This document shows, piece by piece, positions 48,036-56,948 of a stretch of 64,000 nt of DNA. Origin of the DNA: a virus; IMG/VR virus record IMGVR_UViG_3300027741_000022, positions 96,001 through 160,000 of that record; one strand, written 5' to 3'. The position numbers were made by a program, and so were the translations under genes. The number at the start of each line of letters is the position of its first letter. The stretch's first letter is position 1. Below the pieces are notes generated by a model that was not told where the DNA came from, made no database searches, and saw only the letters and a list, made by a program, of their open reading frames with translations.

Positions 48036-48045
48036 AAGGAAACAT

Positions 48046-48387
48046 ATGAAGAAATATATAATCGTTTGTCAAACTACCGGGGTTTACAATCTAGATACAG
48101 ACAAAGATACGTTTCAACATTTGTCTGAATGGGGAGAAAAAGAAAATTGGAGTAGTGTGGATCAGACTGAATGCAACCACAGATATGCTGTTGAGGGTTA
48201 TTTAGAAGATCTTGTCCGTGGGCAAGAATCTTGTAAGATTTTTTACTTTGACTCTGAAAATGAAGCAAAAAACGCAATGAATATCATTAAGGGGAAATCA
48301 CCCATGCTGATATCGACAAAATTTAATTTTAACGTTGTGGAAATTAATCTTAGATTGCAAGCTCATCACTACACAGTTTTTCTCTGA
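48046..48387 (+). CDS. hypothetical protein
   Basis: ORF. Confidence 0.65.
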   Translation: MKKYIIVCQTTGVYNLDTDKDTFQHLSEWGEKENWSSVDQTECNHRYAVEGYLEDLVRGQESCKIFYFDSENEAKNAMNIIKGKSPMLISTKFNFNVVEINLRLQAHHYTVFL

Positions 48388-48403
48388 AAACTGACAACAA
48401 GAA

Positions 48404-48421
48404 GTTTCCTCCCGGTACGCT
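48404..48421 (+). promoter_or_regulatory. conserved promoter-like motif copy 10
   Basis: exact motif; ACAACAAGAA..CTCTGAT flanks identical to copy 11. Confidence 0.7.
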
Positions 48422-48430
48422 CTGATTTCA

Positions 48431-48628
48431 GTAATTAAAGGCAGGTGGGAAGAAGCAGAACCCTACATAATGAATTCCCCGAGACTTATTCTTCCTTATG
48501 CCAAAGAGGTCATTAAAGGTCGCTGGTATGAGGCAGAAAGGTGTTTGGCAGATTACAGTGATCTTTCAAAACAATATGTCAAGGAAATGATCAAACTTCA
48601 AATCCCGATTCTTTCTTTCGTGGAATGA
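48431..48628 (+). pseudogene. 5'-truncated GRWxEAE-repeat gene remnant
   Basis: VIKGRWEEAEPYIMNSPRLILPYAKEVIKGRWYEAE... with in-frame TGA at 48392 and no upstream ATG. Confidence 0.55.
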
Positions 48629-49233
48629 AAATGAAACTTAAATTAGATCTTGAACTAGACGATAAACTTTATCTTCGTAGTCACTTGGTTAGAAATGTTC
48701 TTCCCTACTTTAAGGAAGAAATCAAAAGAACTCAAGAACTTGATAATTATTTTTGTACTAGCCCAGCACTTGCTTTTAAGTATCTAAAAGTGTTTCTTGA
48801 AAAAGGAGATAAGGCATCTCCTGAGATCGAAAAGGTTCTAAGCAAAAATACCCATTATCTTTTTGTTTATCTAAAGCACACTGGGAACCATAAAGTTCAA
48901 GACCCAAAACTACAGAAAAGATTTGAGAAAAAAGTCTACAGTGATCCATACCTTTCATACTGGTACGCTTATTATGTTCTAAAATCTAGACTGCCAGAAG
49001 AACATGAAGTTGTTTTCCTCAAAAACTACGACTTTGCGTATCGCTATGCTTGCGAAGTCATTGGGGATAAATTCCCAGATAATATTCACAAAATGCTCGT
49101 TCTTTCAAGTTTTGAAGAAAAAGAAGATAAGCATGGACTTAAAAGCTATATCGAGTGCTGTGAGAAAAAAGAATTCAAATATATCTTTAAAAATTCGACG
49201 CCCCCCCCTGGCCCTATCACAAAAAATTGGTAG
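48625..49233 (+). CDS. hypothetical protein with degenerate helical repeats
   Basis: AY.YA..V type repeats. Confidence 0.65.
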   Translation: MKMKLKLDLELDDKLYLRSHLVRNVLPYFKEEIKRTQELDNYFCTSPALAFKYLKVFLEKGDKASPEIEKVLSKNTHYLFVYLKHTGNHKVQDPKLQKRFEKKVYSDPYLSYWYAYYVLKSRLPEEHEVVFLKNYDFAYRYACEVIGDKFPDNIHKMLVLSSFEEKEDKHGLKSYIECCEKKEFKYIFKNSTPPPGPITKNW

Positions 49234-49362
49234 GACAGAAATCCATTCTAATTCAACAAAGAAAACTTAGGCTTTTCGTCCTTGTAGCTTTCAAAATCAT
49301 GTTTGTCGGTATAAGCGTTAGTTGTTATCACACTCATGGCGACTAGCTTATTACAACAAGAA

Positions 49363-49380
49363 GTTTCCTCCCGGTACGCT
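49363..49380 (+). promoter_or_regulatory. conserved promoter-like motif copy 11
   Basis: exact motif. Confidence 0.7.
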
Positions 49381-49431
49381 CTGATGGTAGCGGGACAAAC
49401 ATACGGTTGGTCATTATAACTTGGGGGACTG

Positions 49432-49698
49432 ATGCAAACTAAAAATGTTCACACAAAAATGACCATGACTAAGATTTATACGGATAAGCCTGAATATAGG
49501 TATTTTTTAACTGTTGAACACGACGAGCTTAGTAATCTTTTCCATATCACCTATCATGGTGATAGTGAAGAACTTGTTGCCGGTAAGTATAGAACATCAA
49601 AACAGCAGATCATAACTGTTAGTGTAGAAGAAGGCGTTCTTCTAGCCAACGCTATTTTGAAATTCAGGAAAGACAAAAATGACTATCAGCAAGGATAA
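49432..49698 (+). CDS. hypothetical protein
   Basis: ORF. Confidence 0.6.
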   Translation: MQTKNVHTKMTMTKIYTDKPEYRYFLTVEHDELSNLFHITYHGDSEELVAGKYRTSKQQIITVSVEEGVLLANAILKFRKDKNDYQQG

Positions 49699-50131
49699 GC
49701 TGTTGATTGCTCTTGAAAAAGATATTGATCTTATCAAGAAGCAACAGTCTTTAACCAAAGAGTATATCAAAGCAGGTTGCGGACAATTTCTTAATGTAGG
49801 AAATGACGCATACTGTGGCAATCATGAAGAAGTTGTAAATCTTTTTAATGATATGCTCAAGTGGGCAAATAAACTATCTGTAAAGTTAAACGCTTTAAAG
49901 GTAGAACCAAAACATGTAGTTGATGTAGAAATTGACTGCATAAAAAAGAAAATTAAATATAATCCGCCAAAAACAAGTGGATACATTGATTTTATTTACG
50001 ATTTCTTTCAGTCTACATTTGATAGTAGTGAATCGCTCGTTTTTCTTAACGAAATTAATGTAAATCCGATGGATAGCGACCATCACACACTTTTCCCTAA
50101 TCTTGCAAAAGTAATGAAGGATCAAAAATGA
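49679..50131 (+). CDS. hypothetical protein
   Basis: ORF. Confidence 0.65.
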   Translation: MTISKDKLLIALEKDIDLIKKQQSLTKEYIKAGCGQFLNVGNDAYCGNHEEVVNLFNDMLKWANKLSVKLNALKVEPKHVVDVEIDCIKKKIKYNPPKTSGYIDFIYDFFQSTFDSSESLVFLNEINVNPMDSDHHTLFPNLAKVMKDQK

Positions 50132-50784
50132 ACCGAGTTATCAAGAATCTGCCAAAGCAATCCAAAGAGTCTCAGTCTTTTTTCAAGATGTGGGATAAAA
50201 ATTGGAAGAAGCTAATCGACAATCCATATTACCGTCTTGTTGATAATCTTGATATTGATTTATCAGAATTATTTGTAGTTTTGGATAATTATGTTTGCTA
50301 CTTTTATCAAGAATCTGACGGTGAGCATCGTAGAAATGAATGGACAAGTATCGAAGAAGCTGTTTCAAAACACTACCGGGGAGATCAGTTGAAGTTGGTG
50401 TTGTTCGCTTACAAGGGATATGCAGATTATATCAACTCGTATCTTGACAAGCACAATATTCAGCTAATCAATACTGAACGAGATGAATGGAAGACAATGC
50501 GATTTATAAGTCACTTTTTGAGCGACTTCAAAAGTGACAAGGTAGTGTTTTGGCATGAGAGAAGCGATAACGAAAGCGGCGAATTTGTTCAGTGCGATTT
50601 GTCTTTCGTTAAGAAGTGTTTAAAGCACGGAAAGATGCCTGAGCTGCCTAAAGTCAAAATTCCAAATGAATGGAAAAAGATTGTAAAGGCTTGTAAAATT
50701 GAAGAGGACGCTAAAAGCGAAAGCGTTATGAGCGAGGCGAATAAAATTCTTGAAAGCTTAAATAAGGAACATAATAATGCCTAG
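50128..50784 (+). CDS. hypothetical protein
   Basis: ORF. Confidence 0.7.
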   Translation: MNRVIKNLPKQSKESQSFFKMWDKNWKKLIDNPYYRLVDNLDIDLSELFVVLDNYVCYFYQESDGEHRRNEWTSIEEAVSKHYRGDQLKLVLFAYKGYADYINSYLDKHNIQLINTERDEWKTMRFISHFLSDFKSDKVVFWHERSDNESGEFVQCDLSFVKKCLKHGKMPELPKVKIPNEWKKIVKACKIEEDAKSESVMSEANKILESLNKEHNNA

Positions 50785-51001
50785 AGTGTATGATAGTGCC
50801 AATGAGCCTATTGATTATTGTCGTTATTGCTTCCACTGGATTGAAAGGGTAGCTGAAGAACTTCATAAATTTCCTGTTTTGTCCACCGCTAATGATGGAC
50901 GAGGCTGCTGTTTTAGCGTTGGTTGTGAACACCCTCCTTATGATGAGTGGGATTATAAGTGTGCAAAATGCGGTGATGCTCTAGGCGAAAGCGATTACTA
51001 A
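50777..51001 (+). CDS. Cys-rich hypothetical protein
   Basis: CRYC / CAKCG. Confidence 0.6.
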   Translation: MPRVYDSANEPIDYCRYCFHWIERVAEELHKFPVLSTANDGRGCCFSVGCEHPPYDEWDYKCAKCGDALGESDY

Positions 51002-51002
51002 A

Positions 51003-51407
51003 ATGACTGAAAACAACTTTTGCTTTAGCAATATTGAAGATTTTTTAGATTGTTATAATCAACCAAAATTCATGAATAAAAACCCAGTAGATTACTGGAA
51101 AAATGACGAGTGTAAATATTTCTTAGAGCAAGCAGTCAAGTTGTTGGAAAAAGTAGTAGAGAAGAACAAATTGCTTTCATCGTTTGAAGATAATGAGAGC
51201 ATGAAGATACTTAGCGTTGAGGAAGTTTGTGGCATGATTGGTGCTAACGCAAAGGATTTGATTCATTGCAGCGGAAAAGATATTGTAAGAATGGCAAGAC
51301 TTGATGGTGTTGAGTTAAAATACCTGGGTGATTCTTTGTGGGAGCTTGTAGAAGCAGCGAAGGGAGCAAATGGCAAAAAACAATATTGTTCGCTACAATC
51401 CATCTAA
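51003..51407 (+). CDS. hypothetical protein
   Basis: ORF. Confidence 0.65.
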   Translation: MTENNFCFSNIEDFLDCYNQPKFMNKNPVDYWKNDECKYFLEQAVKLLEKVVEKNKLLSSFEDNESMKILSVEEVCGMIGANAKDLIHCSGKDIVRMARLDGVELKYLGDSLWELVEAAKGANGKKQYCSLQSI

Positions 51408-51573
51408 CCATGACCTTCATCCGAACCTAAAAATAGTGTTGGGTGGAAGAAAAATATGGAAAGAAAAGGTTACTAATCCGGGTTATGAGAACGAAATTAT
51501 CACTTGGACTTTTGCAGATGGCACTGTAGAGTCTTATAAACAGGATGAAAACAACATTTTCGTCAGAGTTTAA
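51370..51573 (+). CDS. hypothetical protein
   Basis: ORF. Confidence 0.55.
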   Translation: MAKNNIVRYNPSNHDLHPNLKIVLGGRKIWKEKVTNPGYENEIITWTFADGTVESYKQDENNIFVRV

Positions 51574-51583
51574 AGGGAGTTGT

Positions 51584-51739
51584 ATGAAAGAATACGTTGT
51601 AAAATACACTTGGAATAAAAACCCCCATGAAACTTATATGTTTCTCTGCGAGGCAAATGATGTTGAAGATGCTTCAAATCAATGTGTAAAAGATTATCCA
51701 GATTGTGAAGTTGTTTCGGTGGATGAAAGGGATTTTTAA
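51584..51739 (+). CDS. hypothetical protein
   Basis: ORF, GGGAG RBS. Confidence 0.55.
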   Translation: MKEYVVKYTWNKNPHETYMFLCEANDVEDASNQCVKDYPDCEVVSVDERDF

Positions 51740-51989
51740 ATGCTAAAGACTAAACTGTTTATTTATAAAAAAGATCATATGTTTGAAGAAGAAATCAATA
51801 GCTGGCTTGAAGAAAATCAGAATATAACAGTAATTTCCACCAATTCATTTGCCACTGTTGGTGGTTGGGGATACATTATTCTTTATAAAGAGATTTAGTT
51901 CTACTAAAAAAATAAATAAGATTTGGACTTGAAAAGGAATTCAGATTAGTGTAAGATAAAAGGAGTCGATAAGAGTATTTGAAAATTAT

Positions 51990-52284
51990 TCGAAGGTAGC
52001 AAAACGGTTAATGCAACAAACTCATAAAATGTTTAAGAAGATGTGAAAACACCGTCTTAAATTTGTGCCATACGATTGGAAACTTCGTATGGGATGTCGT
52101 CAAATTCGGTGAAACCTAAATGCGTGAGCATATGGCAATGCCGAGCGAAGCCCGTAAGGGAACGTGTAGAGACTTAACGGCGACCACCTAAATCGTAAGA
52201 TATGGTGAAGACAAAGTCCAAGGAGTGGTGAAAATCACACAAACTTGAATTTGTAGACTGTGGGTTCGAATCCCACCCTTCGAA
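51990..52284 (+). tRNA. tRNA with CAU anticodon (Ile2 or elongator Met) with group I intron
   Basis: TCGAAGG/CCTTCGA, A73; ACAAA/TTTGT stem; spliced loop CTCAT|AA. Confidence 0.75.
52026..52247 (+). ncRNA. group I intron, ORF-less, more divergent than the other three
   Basis: AAATTCGGTGAA, GCAATGCCGAGCGAAG, GTGTAGAGACT, AAGACAAAGTCC; ends in G. Confidence 0.8.
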
Positions 52285-52329
52285 TTATTTTCAAATACTT
52301 TTTTGTTGATTTTGGTAATATTATTATAT

Positions 52330-52401
52330 GCCTCTGTGGTGAAATAGATATCACAACTCTCTTCTAAAGAGTTATTCCTCGTGCGATTCGAGGCAGAGGT
52401 A
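52330..52401 (+). tRNA. tRNA-Arg(UCU)
   Basis: GCCTCTG/CAGAGGT; ACTCT-CTTCTAA-AGAGT; T-loop TGCGATT. Confidence 0.75.
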
Positions 52402-52923
52402 CTTTTCAATTTTCTTTTTATTTTCTGCTGATAGTAGGTTGTTGTCAAATTCCCAATGATGATTTTTGCATAGAGCAATTAGATTTTTTAAATCATTTAT
52501 TTCCTTAATTAAAGATTCATTTGGAAATGAAGAAATATCTTTAACATGACATATATCTATGTGTGTTGAATATTCACATAGTATGCAGCTTTTTGGAAGA
52601 TTTGATTTTAAATACTTTTTTCTTGCATGACCTCTTATTCTTGAATTTTTTTGATATTTTGTAATGCCTTTCAATTCTCCATAGGTTTTATCATCAATTA
52701 AACCTATCTGGTAGCAATTTGAACAGTATGTCAAAAATTTATGTGTAGGCTTTCCACATTTACACAAACCTTCCATCTTTCTTTTTGGATATTGGCGGTT
52801 ATTTGTTTTTGCTGCACAAGACCTAGAGCAATACATTTTACCGCTTTTGCTTCTTTTTACTTCTGTTATTGTTTTCTTTGCTTGTTGCCCACAACTGTTG
52901 CAAACGATATATTTGAAACTCAT
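52372..52923 (-). CDS. HNH endonuclease with N-terminal zinc-finger motifs
   Basis: CILCE....DICHVK...NDLKNLIALCKNHHWEFD. Confidence 0.8.
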   Translation of the reverse strand: MSFKYIVCNSCGQQAKKTITEVKRSKSGKMYCSRSCAAKTNNRQYPKRKMEGLCKCGKPTHKFLTYCSNCYQIGLIDDKTYGELKGITKYQKNSRIRGHARKKYLKSNLPKSCILCEYSTHIDICHVKDISSFPNESLIKEINDLKNLIALCKNHHWEFDNNLLSAENKKKIEKYLCLESHEE

Positions 52924-53026
52924 ACTCTTATATAGTGTAAAGAGTTTCATTTTCGATTCCTTTTAAAAGAATTGCATATTAATGGTGCAATTCTTTTTTT
53001 ATTCCCACTGACATATATACTTTACT

Positions 53027-53788
53027 ATGTCAAGCTACAACATTAAACTCACCCCCAATTTTATTGATCCAACCACAGAAGGAAGTCTTGATTCTTCCAT
53101 ATTAAACGGCAAAAGCCTTCAACGTACATTTAATATGTATGAAGTAGATAATTATGGCGCCAGAAAGATGATTTCCGTTAAAGACGGCGATACATTCAAC
53201 AATACAACATTTGAAAACAGCACTGCAACTGGCACTTTTGAAGCTGGATTAACATTCACAGCAAGTCAAATATTAGACGCAGACGGTCCTTATGATGCAA
53301 CTGGATTCGTTGGAATTGGTGCTATTATTGAACTAACGCCAGAACAAACAAACACTCTCAACAGCTACGGTTATCCATCTTTATTTTTTAATGCAATTTG
53401 GGCAGCCGGAAGTGAAAACACAAATGCTGGTGTATACATTTTTGCTATCAATGGCATGAGCTACAATGACACCTTTACAGATATTGCTGCAATCACTCCA
53501 TTCAACACTGAAAACATGGTTCCATATTGTAATGGCGACCCAAGATGGAATATGCCAGTAACAATCACAGGCTTTATTGAGGGGGATAATAATAATGGTC
53601 CAGGATTCATGGAAAGAACATCTGATCCTCATATAATTCAGAAACTCTTCAAACAAGTTATTGCCCAACAAGAAATTGATCTTGAAGGTAAAACACCACA
53701 AGAAAAAGCTGATGCGGTTAGAGTTATGCTTGAAAATCTAAATGACGATCACCCACTTGTTGCTAATATGAGAAATAGACAATCATGA
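53027..53788 (+). CDS. hypothetical (virion?) protein sharing N-terminal module with 1830-2798
   Basis: YNIKLTP..I.P..EGSLDSSILNGKSLQRT.NMYE.DN.G. Confidence 0.7.
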   Translation: MSSYNIKLTPNFIDPTTEGSLDSSILNGKSLQRTFNMYEVDNYGARKMISVKDGDTFNNTTFENSTATGTFEAGLTFTASQILDADGPYDATGFVGIGAIIELTPEQTNTLNSYGYPSLFFNAIWAAGSENTNAGVYIFAINGMSYNDTFTDIAAITPFNTENMVPYCNGDPRWNMPVTITGFIEGDNNNGPGFMERTSDPHIIQKLFKQVIAQQEIDLEGKTPQEKADAVRVMLENLNDDHPLVANMRNRQS

Positions 53789-54297
53789 GATCATTCCAAC
53801 AATATTTAGAAGATAATATGCTGGGTCAAAAACCAGTTGATCTTGTGGGCGCCGCCAAGGAAATAGGAAAAGATGTTGCAATTGATGCTATTCCATACGC
53901 TAGTTTAGCTAGAACTATATTAAAAGCTGTTATGGGTACGCAAGACGTAGTATCTCAAAATATGCAAAACAGCAACGCTTTAAATAAAGCCAAACAAACA
54001 ATAAGACAAAATATAGAACAAGATATTCGTAGTGGTAAAGCAGGTAATAAAGCACTCAGACCAGGACATCTTGAAGCTGAAATAGAATCTAGAACTGGCT
54101 CAACCCCTGAATCTCAAGCTTGTTTAACTGTAGAAGAAAAACAGAGAGTTATAAGCTTAATAATTCAGGCTGTTGACAATAATACGATAGTTCCTGGCTT
54201 TGCACAAGCACTAGTAAACGAAATAATAAAACAAAAAATAAGTAAAATGCAGGAAGCTCTACAGAAAAGTCCTGTGAAGAGGATTGCGATCAGCTGA
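53785..54297 (+). CDS. hypothetical protein with capsid-targeting-like N-terminus (MRSFQQYLE)
   Basis: ORF. Confidence 0.65.
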   Translation: MRSFQQYLEDNMLGQKPVDLVGAAKEIGKDVAIDAIPYASLARTILKAVMGTQDVVSQNMQNSNALNKAKQTIRQNIEQDIRSGKAGNKALRPGHLEAEIESRTGSTPESQACLTVEEKQRVISLIIQAVDNNTIVPGFAQALVNEIIKQKISKMQEALQKSPVKRIAIS

Positions 54298-54303
54298 TAA
54301 AAA

Positions 54304-54717
54304 CTAAGCCAAAACATCTCTTAAAACAGAGAGTAATTTTGCTGTTAATCTCATCAAGTCCATCACCATTCTCTCACCGTTTGGAATATGATCAAAACCA
54401 TGAGGTGTCATTGCATCGGCGGTTTTTGACATTTTTTCGGCTAACCTTAGTGGATTTCCGTATTCAGCATAAATGTCTTTGGCTTTGCTGCTGTCCTTGA
54501 TCAAACTCATAAGTGCAAATTGTGTCTTACCGTTATATTCTCTAAGAGTTGCTAACATTGTGCTTGGAAATTTTTGTAAAATTTCATGAATTTGTTGTGT
54601 TATATTCAAAGCTTGTTTTAAAGCAGTTGATTTTGTTGCTGCTGCTTGAGCATCTTTAAAAACATCGTGTGTATACATTGACTCTTTAATCGAAACAAAT
54701 TCATTGAAACTTTTCAT
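54304..54717 (-). CDS. hypothetical protein with capsid-targeting-like N-terminus (MKSFNEFVSIKE)
   Basis: ORF, AAAGGA RBS. Confidence 0.65.
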   Translation of the reverse strand: MKSFNEFVSIKESMYTHDVFKDAQAAATKSTALKQALNITQQIHEILQKFPSTMLATLREYNGKTQFALMSLIKDSSKAKDIYAEYGNPLRLAEKMSKTADAMTPHGFDHIPNGERMVMDLMRLTAKLLSVLRDVLA

Positions 54718-54922
54718 TTTTATTCCTTTTTAATATATATGAGCTAATTTGAAAAAATTTCAGTGTTTCGCTATAATCGGATCATGGAAAACAAAAACGC
54801 AAAACCGCTCGACCATCTGTTTTATTGCTTAAACAACAACATCAAGCCAGAAAAATTTGATGTAAATAATGCTGCCGATGAACTTAAAAGACTCAGACAA
54901 CAACTGAAAGACTGCCAGAAAA

Positions 54923-55243
54923 ATGTCACTACTTAACGCTTTTGATGACGAATACAAGCGGCTTGAATTTCACACAGATTTTTACAAAGATCTGCCTGAT
55001 GATATCAAGCAAAACCTTTACGATTATGTTGTTCTGCGGAAACCGCTAAATGATTTTCTTAGGGGCATTTGCACCAATGATTTGCAATATACCTTGAGAT
55101 ACTCTTATGATGAAAAAGATAAACTCATTAGGAAAATATTTCTTTGGTTTTGGAATGTATGTCCAGCCACCATGTATGGACTCAAGAACTACCAGGAATT
55201 TGAAACAGAATATATTTACGGCAAATCTTCTGATTACGCTTAA
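54923..55243 (+). CDS. hypothetical protein (SLLNAF)
   Basis: ORF. Confidence 0.65.
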   Translation: MSLLNAFDDEYKRLEFHTDFYKDLPDDIKQNLYDYVVLRKPLNDFLRGICTNDLQYTLRYSYDEKDKLIRKIFLWFWNVCPATMYGLKNYQEFETEYIYGKSSDYA

Positions 55244-55251
55244 ACTCGGTA

Positions 55252-55269
55252 GTTTCCTCCCGGTACGCT
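55252..55269 (+). promoter_or_regulatory. conserved promoter-like motif copy 12
   Basis: exact motif. Confidence 0.7.
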
Positions 55270-55321
55270 GTTTCTGTGGGCAGAAATACTACAGCCGAGA
55301 TATTTACAGGAATACATTATC

Positions 55322-56779
55322 ATGCAAATTAAGGATGATAGCGGGAAAGTTATTGCCAACATTGATCTTCAAGATGGCATCTCAATTCAAGAGCTTGTAA
55401 AAAGTCTTTCAAGCAAGAAGGGCTACAAGTCTGTTAATACATTGGTTTCTATCGAGGAAAGCTCTGATAAGAAGCAGATTGTTTTCAAGTTTAAGGATGG
55501 ATCGATTTTTTATGATCTGCCCAGCAAGACTTTTGTTCGTGAGAATGGAGTCAAGATTGGCGAACATTCTTTCAGGAACATCAAGCTTGAAATTAAGAAC
55601 AAAGTAGCAAATGTAAACTTCAGGGATAACGACAATTTTTGGCTTTGTTTAGTTGAAAAGACTGATGTTGTTTGGATCAAGGTTTTCTTCAAGATGCTTG
55701 ATATTTGGGCAAACAACAAGGCTACTGAAAATTGGATGAGTGCCAGAGACAGGAGCTTTAGAAACAAAGTTCAACGAATGATGGATGATAAAAAGTTTTT
55801 TGATTCTGTCGAAAGTTTTGCCAAGATTCCGCAGATTCAACAGCTTGATGATGCTGGCTTGAAAGGTTTCTATTTGGGCGTGCATAAAATCAGCGATAAA
55901 ATCAACAAAGAAACTAAGGAAAAGGGTTTGATCAACAGAATTTGCATTAATGTTGGCAAGTCCAAAATGGATAATTGGTTTATGTTGAACATTGGCAAAG
56001 AAGTTTCTGATGTTTATGTAAATGATCGTTATCTTTCAAATTATATTGGAGACTACATCAAGTGTGGTGATAATAATATCAAAGATCTTTTTCAATATGT
56101 TTTTGAAACTTATCGTGGCGTAATTACTTTTTATCAGATTGAAAAGATTAAGGATTTGATTAAATTTGGTTATGAGCCAAAGAGGCTTATGGACTATCTT
56201 TACCGTGATATTTACAACCAGGGTGAAGAACTTGAGCTTGAATCAACTTGGGGCAACTGTGGTGCTTTGGGTGATTTTTACGATTATGTAAAAATGAACC
56301 GAGAAATGAAGCGCGATTTTGAAAAATATCCTCGTTATCTTGCCACAATGCACAATATCACGCTCAAGAATTACGAGCTTGCGGAAGATAAGATTGTTGA
56401 AGAAAAGTTTGCTGAACGGGTTAAAAATCTCAAATCTATGAAGCTCGAATATATTGGCGATGATCATTGTGTTATTTTGCCAAAAAATTCAAAGGATTTG
56501 ATTAACGAAGGTCAAAGTCTTAGTCATTGTGTTGCCAGCTATTATAAGCGTATGGCTAGTGGCGAAACCAACATTGTTTTTCTGAGAAAGAAAAATAATA
56601 TCAAAGAAAGCCTTGTGACCATCGAAGTTAATATTGACGAAAATTCAAATCATAGTATAGTTCAAGCCAAGGGCAAGAACAACTCTGCTCCTCAGAAGGC
56701 TGAATATGATTTTATCAAAAAGTATTTGGATCATTTGAATAAGGAAGTTCAAAATGTCGATTTGTCCAACAACTGCTAA
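55322..56779 (+). CDS. PcfJ-like domain protein
   Basis: P....DL..EG..L.HCVASY......G...IVFLRK.....LVTIEV......Q.KG.NN. Confidence 0.8.
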   Translation: MQIKDDSGKVIANIDLQDGISIQELVKSLSSKKGYKSVNTLVSIEESSDKKQIVFKFKDGSIFYDLPSKTFVRENGVKIGEHSFRNIKLEIKNKVANVNFRDNDNFWLCLVEKTDVVWIKVFFKMLDIWANNKATENWMSARDRSFRNKVQRMMDDKKFFDSVESFAKIPQIQQLDDAGLKGFYLGVHKISDKINKETKEKGLINRICINVGKSKMDNWFMLNIGKEVSDVYVNDRYLSNYIGDYIKCGDNNIKDLFQYVFETYRGVITFYQIEKIKDLIKFGYEPKRLMDYLYRDIYNQGEELELESTWGNCGALGDFYDYVKMNREMKRDFEKYPRYLATMHNITLKNYELAEDKIVEEKFAERVKNLKSMKLEYIGDDHCVILPKNSKDLINEGQSLSHCVASYYKRMASGETNIVFLRKKNNIKESLVTIEVNIDENSNHSIVQAKGKNNSAPQKAEYDFIKKYLDHLNKEVQNVDLSNNC

Positions 56780-56948
56780 GACTCAATACGCAACAGAAAA
56801 AGATGCCTTAGCAGGGCTTGATCGTATGCTCAAGATTCGTCCTGAGTATGATGGAGAGCCATATTACTGCATGTATTGTAATAGTTATCACTTTGGCAAA
56901 AAGCAAGACAAACCTGCTAAAAAAGCTCGGAAAAGAACAGGTGCTTGA
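56754..56948 (+). CDS. small zinc-finger protein
   Basis: C....K..Y.T...A ... Y.C.YC..YH. Confidence 0.6.
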   Translation: MSICPTTAKTQYATEKDALAGLDRMLKIRPEYDGEPYYCMYCNSYHFGKKQDKPAKKARKRTGA

